Source: Glycera tridactyla (Eukaryota). Taken from it: 64,000 nucleotides of DNA. The DNA lies in NCBI GenBank assembly GCA_965644265.1, contig OZ286469.1, positions 38,130,001 through 38,194,000 on the forward strand, in the 5' to 3' direction. A model generated the notes under the pieces. It made no database searches, was not told the DNA's origin, and saw only the letters and a list, made by a program, of their open reading frames with translations. Both the position numbers and the translations under genes were made by a program. Position 1 is the first letter of the stretch, and the number at the start of each line of letters is the position of its first letter. Below, piece by piece: positions 12,901 to 25,325 of this stretch.

Positions 12901-14209
12901 TGCTAATATCCATGGTGAAGGAGCTGGGACATTCAACTCACAGCCATGGTGACTCCTGGGATGAGAGAAGATTTCTGGTGTGAGAATGCTCTTCCAGGGA
13001 AGTTTTTTTTCATTCAACACAGTCGAATATACCTACCATGAGAGACCACCAATTTCAAGAAACTGCAGTTTGGACATTCTCTCATCACAGATTTCACTCT
13101 GCAGTGAAACCTGTGATGATAGGCCACTCCAAATCCTGACTTTTGGAGGAGAAATTGTACCCCTGGCTAATATGCAGAGAAGGCTTATATGCGAGGTATT
13201 CAAGGTACCCTCTGGCTACCATATTTCAAAAGTTAGGAGCCAGCCGCCTCATAAATTTTCAATTGGCAATGTATTGACTGGCTGCCAAAATTTTGCACTG
13301 GCTACCAAAAATATCAACTTAGAAGCCAGCTGGCTCCTAAATACTTCAGCAAATGTAGAGTCCTATTATACAAAGGGATTGCTACCCCACTTACCATATG
13401 GTTTTACTCTTGTTTTCCGTACACTGGGAGTGTGGTGAAATGTTTTATTCTTTTAATGCTATTTCTGCTCCTACCAGCACCACTGCTACTGCCGCCACTA
13501 ATGCTACCGCCAACACCATCAATATCACTACCACTGCCATGAAATTGATGATAAAAGTATATATTTCCGACTTATTCTACTCATGAGTGGACAGGGTTAT
13601 CCTGCATGCAAGAGTGCTTACAAGTTGATTGATTAGTGTAGTTACTAGAGGTACATAACACAGAGTTTATTCTAGATTCTAGTTTGTACAGTAGGTCGGG
13701 GCAAAAATGCCCCACATTGCAGTCCATTAGCTTGCTCTCCAAGCCGACCCAAATCTCAACTCTGACCCTTAATTACAAAGATAGATACTATAATATAGAA
13801 TGTTAATTCATGGTAGTTCAATAATATAATGTATGCACTTGTTGACCTTTCCTAGTGATAGATTTCATGTATGGTTTCCTGTATAATGTCCTCATGCTGT
13901 TGTGCCCACAGGTGTTTTCACCATATGGGCGGTATATTTTTGCCATGACTTTCTGTGGGTGAATGACTCTTGTGGTGTGTGTGTTCTTCGGCCCATGCAT
14001 GTGTGCATATAAGGTTGGATTTCCAGATGATAACTCTGAGAGTTTGGGGGTTATCGAGATCAGACTAGGGACACAGTTGTAGCTCAGGTTTCTAAGATAT
14101 CTATATGAGAAAGAGGGAGAACATCATCAAAGAATTGATGAGTGCAAAAGGCAGAACATGGGCAGTTGAGGATGTGGATCCAAACTGAGAGAAGGAGCTC
14201 CATTGAATA

Positions 14210-14387
14210 CAGTCAAACTTGTCCTAAGCAAGACTTGTACCAAGCAAGAACTTGTCCTAAGCAACAGGATTCTGTTCATCCCACCAGAGTATTTTTCACT
14301 ATATTTGACCTGTTCTAAGCATGAACTTGCTGTAACCACACACATTTTTCACGTCCCACTACTTCATGCTTAGGACAAGTTTCACTG
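14210..14387. mobile_element. TA-flanked CAGT MITE (Tc1/mariner-pogo/Tigger-type)
   Basis: TA|CAGTCAAACTTGTCCTAAGCA ... TGCTTAGGACAAGTTTCACTG|TA; 21-bp TIR with one mismatch. Confidence 0.8.
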
Positions 14388-15679
14388 TATTTGGTATGAT
14401 CGATAGAATCGGAAATGCCATAAATGAAATACCTGGCCTGGGTTTCGGACCTGTTCGACTCTGCCTCAGCTGTTCCTGGTGTTGCTGAGTCAGTTATGTG
14501 TGGGATATAATGGCAACATTTTTATTCATTGATCTCTGAGATACCTATCGATTTGGGATGGCCATCTCATATTTCGAGGTCACAAGCTTCAAAATCATGA
14601 AAGAACTTCATTGGTTTCTGGCTGATAACTCTTGAAATGCAGAAGGCAGAATTATCCTTTACCCAAAAAGGCAAGTATTGATTCTGGGATGGCCACATCA
14701 AATTTCAAGGACATTGGGCTCCAAAAAGGTTGTGAAGGGGATTCATTGGTTTCCAGATAAGAGTTATTCATTTAAAAATTGTCATAATACTTTCACCGCA
14801 AATATATATTCACATAATTTCTCTGTGAATATTTCGATGATTTCAAAACTCACCTGCCCATCCTGGACATCCACCTGCCCCAGGCCAGTGGGAAGCTACC
14901 GCTCCTCAGCCTGCTGTATCAGGTGGCCACTCAAAGTGATCAGATGTTAGTGAAACTATCGTCAGGGATTTAGAGTTGCTGCTTAGTGCTGTTGGCTGCT
15001 GGGTAGAGGTAGACTTTATCGTAACCGAGTCCAAACGAAATTCGAAAGGGGGGTATATTGGAATGCTCTAGTTGGATGTAAGTGGAAATTATGTCGGGGA
15101 TTCAGGGTCGATTCTTAGGTCCAATGGCTGATGGATAGGATAGACTTTATCACATATTCGACTTCATGTATATTATCGAGGAATGTCGATGAATGGAATA
15201 GGTACATGGTGTATCATGGTATATTTGAGACAAGCTCTAGAATAAGTGATTGGCCCAGGATTAGTATCATGAATTAGTAATGGAATGAGTACCAGAAGTT
15301 ACTCAATATACTGTATTTTTTGTCTATACAATTTTGTTTGTGTGTTGTGTGTTTTTTACATTCCTCTGTGTGTGTGTGTGTAGTGTGTGTTTGGTGTATG
15401 TGTGTCTGATGGCAGTATTTACTTGCGTCTTCAGTATTTGCAATCCAATATAATCCAGTGACGATGAATGGATGTTACAAACAAACAAACATCTAGATAT
15501 AACCCCAAAAGGAGGTCATTTCACTAAACTGCATTGGTCTGCTTCATTCTGAGAGCAGAGGACTTTTAGTGAAGCACAGGTGATTATTGAATAACCTCTA
15601 TATCCTTTGGATGTGATGTTTGCAAATTGATTTAATGTTTTAGCTCTGAATATGGAAACACAGAAAAGGGAACACACAT

Positions 15680-16085
15680 AAACACACCACACTGAACTGC
15701 ACCACACCACACCCCAGAACACAACACTGCACCACACCACACCACACCATACCACACCACACTGCACTGCACTGCACTGCACCGCACCACACCCCACTGC
15801 ACTGCAGTGAGCCACACCACACCACACTACATCACCACACCACATCACCACACCACACCACACTGCACTGCACTGCACTGCACTGCACTGCACTGCACTG
15901 CACCACACCCCACTGCACTGCAGTGAGCCACACCACACCACACTACATCACCACACATCACCACACCACATCACTACACCACACCACACCACACCACACC
16001 ACGCCACACCACATCGCACCACACCACATTGAACCACACCACACTGCACCACATCACATCACATCACCAAACACCACACCACAAA
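15680..16085. repeat. Compound pentanucleotide microsatellite (CACCA/CACTG)n
   Basis: Direct reading; the source of spurious His/Thr-rich and Cys/Val-rich ORFs. Confidence 0.92.
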
Positions 16086-16772
16086 TTCTCACACAAGAAT
16101 ACACACAGATTCTCAGTCAATGTATCTTGATTGCCACCATTTCAAAGCTGCCTTTTTGATGTGCCTACACGTTAGGGTGACACCTAGTAGCAACTTTTAG
16201 AAACAATTGTTCATATCCCTTCGCTAGATGATTGATGAAATAGTTTAATCAATATTCATGGTATGGATGGACATGTCTTTTCATATTGGCAGATTATTGT
16301 TTGAGGCATAATGCTGAAAATTGATAAGCCATCAAGATGCTTTCTCAGTGAATCAGAAGATTCGATAGATAATTCTGCTCTGACTGTAGTTCAAATATAA
16401 GAGGTGTACAAGATCATGTGATCCTCGCACAACTTCCGGGTCACATGATCAAGCAAGAGCCAAGTCGCAGTAGCCTGTAGCTGATGAAAGGGGGTGGACG
16501 CTCCCAGACAGCGTCTACAACAAGAATCTTTACACTGTGAGTACCGTGAAATTTCTACTTAAAAAAGGTGTACAATGGAATTTGTGTACTTCACCAGACA
16601 CATGATGAGAGGAATGACTTGTGAAGTTGGATACATCATATTCATAAGAGAAATGCGTATTCACACAACTTTCCATGGTAGTGACGAAAACGGGAAGTAG
16701 AAGTCAGCTTACTGCAAGTGCCACTTTGTGACAGTGAAATACCCAGGTGAAAATTTCTCTTATCCTCTATAG

Positions 16773-16987
16773 AAGGGCCCTACATTATCGTTTTTCTTCA
16801 GCTCTCCTTCAGGCAGGTAAATTGTATTTTTCACCTGCCCTCACTGTCATTTCCACCTGCCCTCCTGCATATATTCACAGCCTAAATAATGGTGGAGTAC
16901 CTGCCGATAGGGCAGGTAGACTGCCCCGACAATGAATCTGCCTGCCTGTGCTAGTAGGACAACAGGATGGAATTGCAGAAAACCCTT
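16773..16987. mobile_element. Diverged reverse-orientation copy of the 56097-56318 MITE
   Basis: tttttcttcagctctccttcaggcaggt and aatctgcctgcctgtgctagtagg are reverse complements of segments of 56097-56318; termini are degenerate. Confidence 0.62.
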
Positions 16988-17728
16988 TGTGGAATTAGTG
17001 GCAACAACAGATTAGACTATGACCTTGTGTACGGATCATCAGTGAAAACGTGAGAATTTTGGCTTCATCAGCCTGAGTGGTGATACCTCTCTGTTTCAAC
17101 ATGATATTCACTTTTAATTTTTTTATGACAATATAAAAAAGGCTTTCAAGCAACAGGTTCGAATATTGTACAATTCACTCCCAAAGATGTGTGGACATGA
17201 TAAAAGCATCCTCAATCCAAGGCCAAATCTCACACAAATATCCATGCATGAATTATCGGAACAATTTGACATCAGCTACAAAGGTCAGGTTGGTTAGCAA
17301 GACTTGTACTTAGCGAGATCTCACCCGAAGCAATTGGTCTCGGTTCATCTCACCAAGAGTGTTTCTCACTGAATTTCTCCTATCTTGAGCAAGAACTTAT
17401 GCACACACTTCCCTTACTTTCTGCAGCCTGATACTTAATGCCAAACTTGACTGTACTGTCACTTATTCTGTTGATTGGCATTGAAATGTTTGGTAATATC
17501 TAGATCGGGATTACCAGGCACCACTCTCACCATATCATGTTATATTGCCTACACACGCCAGCTATCTGAATGTCAAGTGAAGGTCATAACAAGAACTTAT
17601 GTCCAAATTCAGTGCACTTTTTTGGACATTGCCAGTGTTGTGCTCAATGCACATATTTGGCAGGATATTGTATATGGCATTCATCTCTGATGCAGTGAAA
17701 ATTTCATAAAAAGGATTCGGATGTGATT

Positions 17729-18154
17729 CACTCTTCAAATTTAGCCACTCTCCTGAATTCCGGGGAGAGTTTTCACAGAGAGTGGAAAGACCAAACACAC
17801 TCTCAAGCGGAGAATTCAATTTTTTCAGTTTATGAGAATGTAATGGATTCAGTGTGAATACAAACACCTCAATTTCAACCCCACCAACAGAAACCCTGAA
17901 AGGGCAAGCAAAAATGAGCTGACCATAATTCTGGAAAGCAAATCTAGTGGATGATTATGCTCATGTGGTCACTCACATGACAGATGAGTTGGAATTCATA
18001 CAAATCTCTCGCCCTCAAGATGGCCTAGTTTCAGCTCGTTTCCCTTTTTTTTTTTACTTTGCACAAAGTCAGGAGAGTGAATTAATTTTTGGGAGAGCGA
18101 TTCTCCCAATCTGCTGTCGCGAGAGTGGCTGAAAAATGTTTTTCGGTAAGACAG
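17729..18154 (-). mobile_element. CAGTCTTC-terminated element (~425 bp) with CACTCTCCC/GGGAGAGTG sub-terminal repeats, uninterrupted copy
   Basis: Its reverse complement aligns with both ends and the interior of 41729-42531 (for example catctgtcatgtgagtgac). Confidence 0.55.
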
Positions 18155-18589
18155 TGATACATCCTGTAAGCAGCCTGGTAGGCTTATCAATTTATATGGC
18201 TGATCAGGAAAACTTCACTGGATGGACAGGTGCTACATTCTTTCATCTGATTTCAAATCAGCTGACCGATGGAGCTTGAAATTGGATAAGAGTGTCAGTT
18301 GCTGAATTGCTTGTATTGGTTGCCTTCAATTGGAATGTTACTGCATGTACTTTTCTGCATTGGCATCTATTGGTATGTGAATGTGTAATAATTCTGTGGG
18401 TTCTGCAAGACTGTGAGTTCATCTGTACACACTCTGCATTGTTATATGATAGTCCTTACTTGATTAGTCATTACTATTCCATTCTTTCATCTGATGCATG
18501 TGATAAAATTCATAACAAGACAGTCATGTTGACAAAGTTGTTTGTTTGTTTGGGATCAAAGTCCTCTGGAGAAATTCACACCGAGTTTG

Positions 18590-18741
18590 TTATTGCATTT
18601 TTACCTCACGGTCATATAGTCTTGCTTTTATCACATGGATTAGGGGAGAAAACATTAAAAAAAATCTCGCTCAGCTGTGAAGTATCACACGCAAAACTCA
18701 ACACCTGCTACTTCACTGAAAATAGCACATCCATGTGATAA
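18590..18741. mobile_element. Partial copy of the 7448-7656 fold-back family
   Basis: catatagtcttgcttttatcacatggattaggg...tgtgaagtatcacacgc...cttcactgaaaatagcacatccatgtgataa is near-identical to 7525-7656. Confidence 0.72.
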
Positions 18742-18902
18742 GATGAACCACTGCCAGGGCAAATGCCTACTCCATGCAAAAGACAGCAGTGGCTCTTTCA
18801 CATGCACATGGGAATAGACTCCCATACACATGGCCGCCTTTTGATATCCCAGATCACTCATGAGCATCATATTCTCTTTTTGGTATCAATAAAAATTGAC
18901 TA

Positions 18903-19367
18903 GGCTCACTGATTGTCTGTATGGTGTAAGACCTCTCACACTCCCCATGGGTTTCCTTTCATTGTTATGTAAGATTCTGTGGTAATAGACATGCTTCTGT
19001 TGTTCTTTTATATGACTGTTGTTGATTCAGTCCATTCCTTCGCTCTCTCCACGAACACAGAACACACCCTGTTCCCATTCCTTAACACAGACACACATAC
19101 ACACACACATAGTCAAACCTTCTCGAGAAACCACCTCTCCATAGAGACCACCTGCCTATAAATGACACCCTGAGCTGCGACCTTGATAATATTTCCAACA
19201 GTAAATGATCTCTACAAAAACCACCTGTCAATAAAGGCCACTTTTTTGTGTGACCTGTGGAGGCCTTTATAGACAGGTCAGCTGTACCTTGGCCATATCG
19301 CATACATTCTTAGCATCAAAGTGGCGGCAGGGTTACTTTCAGTCACCTCTGTGACAAAGCTCTAGTT
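18903..19367 (+). mobile_element. 5'-truncated copy of the 468-1010 HINE-like family with a nested CAGT MITE (~19110-19284)
   Basis: Colinear similarity to 700-1010; same 3' end agtcacctctgtgacaaagctctagtt. Confidence 0.7.
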
Positions 19368-20157
19368 TCATGTGAAGAGCACAAGTAGGAATAATTCCAC
19401 TTGCTGGAAACTCTCCATCATATTGAGAATCCTGCTTGAAAAACTCAATGTGTGAAAAATGATATAAATTAGTTTTTTGTGCATTTTGGATGGGAATGTA
19501 ATGAATAATTAACTGAATATAATGAATAATTATCTGATGTGGATCTCTAGAGGGGTTCAGCATGATGTGAATGATAATGAATTCTCAAGGTGCGCAGAAT
19601 GAAACAATGAATGATCCACAAAATGGTGATCTTTGGCCACCTTCATCTCGTACTAATATATTGCCCATTATTTCACTAATGAAATCTGGCCATTATGGTC
19701 GGTAGTATACCTGCACATGATGAGGTCCATGGGGGTAATAGAGGACTTGCCCTCAAGCACTAACCTAATGCCCATTGTGGTATATGATGGATGGTAGGCT
19801 GCCACCAGATACGTTCATGACCAACCACCGACCACAGACAGATAGGTTCTTGGCCATATGACTCCCACACTGGCAAATGATGCTGGTGGTTTGTTCATTT
19901 ACGTTCACTGTCTTTTCAACCTCTTCACATTATATTGGACCGAAAAACTGAAAGAGCTGAAGAAAGTAGGCACCGCTGCTGGTGTGAAGAAAATGTCACA
20001 AAATGCAAATTATTGAATGATGCTTGACATCTTTTCAACACAGGATGGATTGAATGAGATCCTGCAATGACCGAAAATACGATAATATGCAGTTGAAACT
20101 GTGCCAATTTATAATGAGATACGTTTGATGCATGTTTGACAGTATCATATGAAGGAG

Positions 20158-20295
20158 TTTGGTTTGGTTTGGTTTGGTTTGGTTCGGGTTTAATGGCATT
20201 ATCAATCTAAAGCATTATGCATGCCCAGGGTTCCTGGTTAATGGAAGCTAGATGTTCTATCTGCTGCAGGCATCACTTACACAAACCCTGAACAC
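20158..20295 (-). repeat. SINE-like 3' end, copy 2 (reverse), with (AAACC)n tail
   Basis: (GGTTT)n tract followed by the reverse complement of the 1476/53151/56865 sequence, ending acaaaccctgaacac. Confidence 0.55.
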
Positions 20296-22204
20296 AAGTA
20301 ATAGGGAACCTGAAAGGTTGTCTAGTGGTAGTAGCTGACAGTTCAGACACACCTCCACCCATCTTATGTGAACATATTGAACCGAACAATGGCATATCTG
20401 ACCATGTAACTGACTGGAAGGTGATACTCAAGCTTGACAGCAACACTTTAATTTTGAGTCACATGCAGTACTTGAAACAAGAAAAAGCATTAGGTTTGGA
20501 GAATGTGTTCAGTCAAGGAATGTCAACTTCAAACCAGCTTTACAATTATGGAGAACTGATGAATTTTTCCTAATGGTATCTACAACGAGAGCTTCTAGCA
20601 CTCAGATATCAGGAACACACAACTTCTCAACATGGAACATGCTATCATGGTGCAGCCACCTAATTGATCATCCATACATAATATATATCCATTGAAATGT
20701 ACTTTTTAACTCCCACCAAACAAATGAGCACATTCTACATCAATCTCAGTCATGCAGTTCACTGTAGGAATAAGACAAGGAAGGAAAGTATACAATCATT
20801 GAGTCATTTAATACAGTGGTTTAAGGTGGTTTTGTTATTTTGCTCATGAGATTTCTACATTACATACTATGACATGTCTGAAACTCTGAGATGAGTTGGG
20901 AAACATATAATGATGAGGTTATGTGGTATTCAGGCATATGGGGGCAGATAATTAGGGTGTGGACACCTTGTGCCTAACAACAACACTATTCTTCGCGGTG
21001 AAAGACATAGCAAAAATTTGCCATGAAACTAAGACGCTCTTGACGATATCTGAACAGAATCGTCTTGTTTCAAGGAGTTAATAGAACCTCGACCCGAACT
21101 AACCTCAGTGAAAGTGAAACGAAAGTAGCTATGATTTTAAGGGAATTACTTCAATGCCTCTGTATTTTCTGTATTATGTATAATGATTGTGGCATATATG
21201 TTTGGCTATACAGATGAGATAGGGTGTTAAAGTCTACCAAATATAATCGTGGCAGATACGTTTTTCGCCCTAGCATCACGAATTTGCATTGGATTCAAAC
21301 CAAACATGTGGACAGACATTGTTGACATCTCTGATGATCAAATGTGTGAACTCGGCAAAGTTCCCTTGTCAATCTCACCATAGAGAATCGATTATATCAA
21401 TTTCACGCTGGTTTCATTGCGAGTGCAGCGGCCAAATCACATACAAATATTTGACGATAATGCTGGCGGATTTGTCAAATAAATGCAATGAAATGATAGT
21501 GTAATCCTCTTCAAAAAGTATGCACACTACCTGAAACCAGGATTAGTTATTGCAGGAAGACCTATACAATACATCTGTGCCATTAAAACTCAGATCAGAC
21601 GAGAATTGGCTGATTTATCGTGTGAAACGTACCCGTCACATTGGGATTTGACAGAGTTTGTTTCTTATGCGGTGTTGCATCATCATCTCCGCATCATCTG
21701 AGCTGATGGAGCTCATCATCTGGATGCTGTATCAGGTGCTCATCATATACACAACTATCATCTTACTAATTAACCTCTCTATATGTGACACTCTATATTC
21801 ACAGCCATTGCCATATGCTTTAAAACTTCACCCAAACATTGTGGCTTCTCCGAACAGTACATCATTCAGTGCTTGGCAATGGTGGACTATCTAAGCAGCA
21901 TGTGAATGTGATGATGCGTACTTTTGTAATGANNNNNNNNNNNNNNNNNNNNNNNNNNNNNNNNNNNNNNNNNNNNNNNNNNNNNNNNNNNNNNNNNNNN
22001 NNNNNNNNNNNNNNNNNNNNNNNNNNNNNNNNNNNNNNNNNNNNNNNNNNNNNNNNNNNNNNNNNNNNNNNNAGGTTTGTGTGGTCAGGTGGGCAGGCAG
22101 ATGTAAACTTCAAAGGTGAATAATCTAATTAACCTCATGCAAGTACTCACAGTCTTTGCTCCCTGAAAATGGCTGTTGAGATGATTTTGCTGTCTGTGTA
22201 AGTT

Positions 22205-22234
22205 TGTACACACTCACACACACATGCACACACA

Positions 22235-22280
<46 letters not shown>

Positions 22281-22286
22281 TACACA
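22205..22286. repeat. (CA)n microsatellite
   Basis: Direct reading. Confidence 0.95.
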
Positions 22287-23600
22287 CCGATAGAGAGAGT
22301 GGGAGGTAGGGAGGGGGAAAGAGTGTGTACAGCGATGTGGACAATGACACAGACTACGACATATATCTATATCGGAGTACGTATATCAATGTGATGTGCA
22401 GAAAGCTTGTTGCCCTAGAAACACCGATAGATGTCGTTGCATGCTTCTTCCATGTCGCTAATTGATATTATATAATGTCGGATGTGACTTGTACAAATGA
22501 AATATCCTGTGGCTCTCCCAAAGTTATAATATTTGGAAGCTCACATTGTCTATAGCAAGAATGCATCACAGAAGAATGGTGAGTTACTTGTTTATTAGTT
22601 TTATAGTTGATGTATGCACAAGTGACATAGAAATGTTACAGGATATCCAGTGGATAATGCTTTTTTGGCAAGGTCACATTTTTTGTAGATGCTGTAAGCA
22701 GAAAGTGGAGCAAACCTGGGCAGGATTTTCAAAGTTGCCGATACTTTCTCATTTAAACATAACAAATCAGTACAATAATTGTACATCTCCAAACTCAATC
22801 ATATACTGGACAAGAAATTTCCAAAAACATGACCATTCATTATTTGTGGGTTGTAGACCTATACCTGGAACAATTAGATAGGATAATTCAGTGCGCAATG
22901 TATATGGTTAGATTATGTAGTGGTTCACCTGAGTTTACATTCCCACTCTTTGTTGACATTCAGGGTGATCTTTCGCCGCAGGTTTCACTTCAAGTCTTTC
23001 GGTCTATTCAGCAAGGGAACCTTTTCTGGTCACAGATGAAGTTCAAAGTTGGTTCAGTCACCAAGATTCATTTCCCAAAGTATATTTGCAGGAATTATGC
23101 CACAGTAGCCAGCTGAGGTGTATATTGATGTGTTTATTCATGATGTCTTTTGTAAGTGAATCACAATGGTGAAGCAATCATGCAGCCGATGCCACGAAAA
23201 AGCTAGTTTGTTAGTTTCGGTTTAATATCATGTCAGCGCCATATGTGCTTTACCGTGACATCCTTGCAATGTGCTTGGGTGAGATCATTCCGGACTCGTT
23301 CTCCAGGGTCCCCAACAGAATATGAAATTCTCGAAATTAATGGATGCTCAAGGTGTCGTTTCTCTTAACCACAAAGCTGCATTCTGATACAATTATCCCA
23401 TAGTTGACCTCAACCAGATGAAGGTCATATTAGGTATATTGGTATAGGGCCATCTTAATTCCCAGCGCTGATTAGGGCATGTCTTTGATGAACCAGATGT
23501 GTTAGGTTTATGGTGATTGCTTGTGAGATGGCGTCCTAACGATATCGAAAGAACTCTGACCAATCTTTCACTATGTCCATGCAACAAGTTAGAAGAAATC

Positions 23601-24150
23601 ATATATGTCATCACCATGAAATGTAGATGTGCAAGACACAATTTTCGTGCAGATTGATCCAGTCATTCCAGAGTTATTTGAGAAAATAGAAGATTTTTTG
23701 TATTTGTGTGTTCAGTTGTATCTGTAAGTTTGGAATTTGAGGCAGCCATAAATCAACGAGGCTCATCAAGGCCTCTCACACTGCCCTTGGCTTTCCTTTC
23801 ATGGTTATGTAACATTCTCCGCAATAGACATGGTTTTGTTGTTCTTCTATATATGACTCCATTTAATCCTTTGCTCCCTCACCCCCCCCCCCCCCCCACA
23901 CACACACAGTCAAACCTGCTCAAGAGACCACCTCTCTATAAAGACCACCAGATTATAAAGGCCACCTGAGCTACCACAGCTGCAACTGTAATGATAATCT
24001 CAACAGTAAATGACCTCTATGAAATCCACCTGTCTGAAAAGGCCACTTTTTGGTTTGACAGGTTTGCTGTCCCTTGGCCATATTGCGTACAGTCTGTGTC
24101 AAAGTGGCGGCGGGGGTATTTTTAGTCACCTCTGTGACAAAGCTCTAGTT
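23601..24150 (+). mobile_element. Copy of the 468-1010 HINE-like family with a nested CAGT MITE (23907-24069)
   Basis: High similarity to 617-1010 (catatgtcatcaccatgaa..., aggcctctcacactg..., ggggtatttttagtcacctctgtgacaaagctctagtt). Confidence 0.75.
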
Positions 24151-24191
24151 TTGATTTCTAATGGGACACATGGAATTCTCTGTCCAAAGTA

Positions 24192-24368
24192 CAGTGAAAC
24201 CTGTCTTGGGAGACCCCTTGTTTTGGGACCACCCTCTAATGGGAGACTGCTCTTTATCGGCTCTTCTCTATTTGACATAGTCAAATATACCTCCAATGAG
24301 AGACCACCTGTCTTGAGAGATCACTTTTCTTTGGCATTTGAGGCGGTCTCCCAAGACAGGTTTTACTG
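24192..24368. mobile_element. TA-flanked CAGT MITE (family A-related)
   Basis: TA|CAGTGAAACCTGTCTTGGGAGACC ... GGTCTCCCAAGACAGGTTTTACTG|TA; 24-bp TIR with one mismatch. Confidence 0.85.
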
Positions 24369-24574
24369 TAGTGTACAAGTAGTGGCTTGACAAGCTTCCG
24401 TGAGAATGATGACTGTAGGATACAAAGCATCACTATCTCTACAAAGCACATGGTGTATGTAACTTTTCGCCATGGAACATGCTATCATGGTGCATCCACC
24501 TAATTGATCATCCAATGTGATCATTTGATGAGAGTTCCTTTAGTAGTCTGTCAGTCACCTAACTGAACTATCAT

Positions 24575-25325
24575 AAGCAATCAAGGAGTTACTTAACTGA
24601 AGCACCATAAGCAATCAATCAATCAGACATGACATAACCACCATGATCAATCAATCAGACACATAACAGAAGCACAATAAGCAATCAATCAGACATAAGT
24701 GAACCACCATGAGCAATCAATCAGACACATAACAGAACCACCATAAGCAATCAATCAGACACATATTAGAACCACCATAAGCAATCAATCAGACACATAA
24801 CAGAACCACCATAAGCAATCAATCAGACACATAACAGAACCACCATGAGCAATCAATCAGACACATAACAGAACCACCATAAGCAATCAATCAGACACAT
24901 AACAGAACCTCCAAAAGCAATCAATCAGACACATAACAGAACCACCATTAGCAATCAATCAGACACATAACAGAACCACCATGAGCAATCAATCAGACAC
25001 ATGACAGATCCACCATAAGCAATCAATCAGACACCTAACTGCACCACCATGAGCAATCAAGAAGGCACATAACAGAACCAACATAAGCAATGAATCAGAC
25101 ACATAACAGAACCATCATAAGCACTCAAGAAGGCACATAACAGAACCATCATGAGCAATCAATCAGACACATAACAGAACCATCATTAGCATCAATCAGA
25201 CACATAACAGAACCATCATGAGCATCAATCAGACACATAACAGAACCATCATAAGCATCAATCAGACACATAACTGACCTATGATGAGTGATCAATTAGT
25301 GAATAACTGAACCACCATGAGCAAT
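24575..25325. repeat. 34-bp minisatellite, about 20 copies
   Basis: Unit AGCAATCAATCAGACACATAACAGAACCACCATA; homogeneous centre with diverged edges. Confidence 0.9.

Noticed and set aside
15516-16159. Cys/Val-rich and His/Thr-rich ORFs
   Set aside because: Translations of a pentanucleotide microsatellite.
18292-18419. Hydrophobic ORF segment ending at a phase-1 GTGAGT donor
   Set aside because: Starts at GTG with an in-frame stop just upstream; Cys/Trp-rich composition looks random.
21705-21894. Hydrophobic ORF MELIIWMLYQVLIIYTTIILLINLS..., considered as a KChIP4a-like transmembrane N-terminus
   Set aside because: No suitable splice donor before the stop and no specific sequence similarity.
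24575-25325. CRISPR-like appearance of regular repeats (also 33148-33480)
   Set aside because: Units are contiguous with no unique spacers, there are no cas genes, and the context is eukaryotic.
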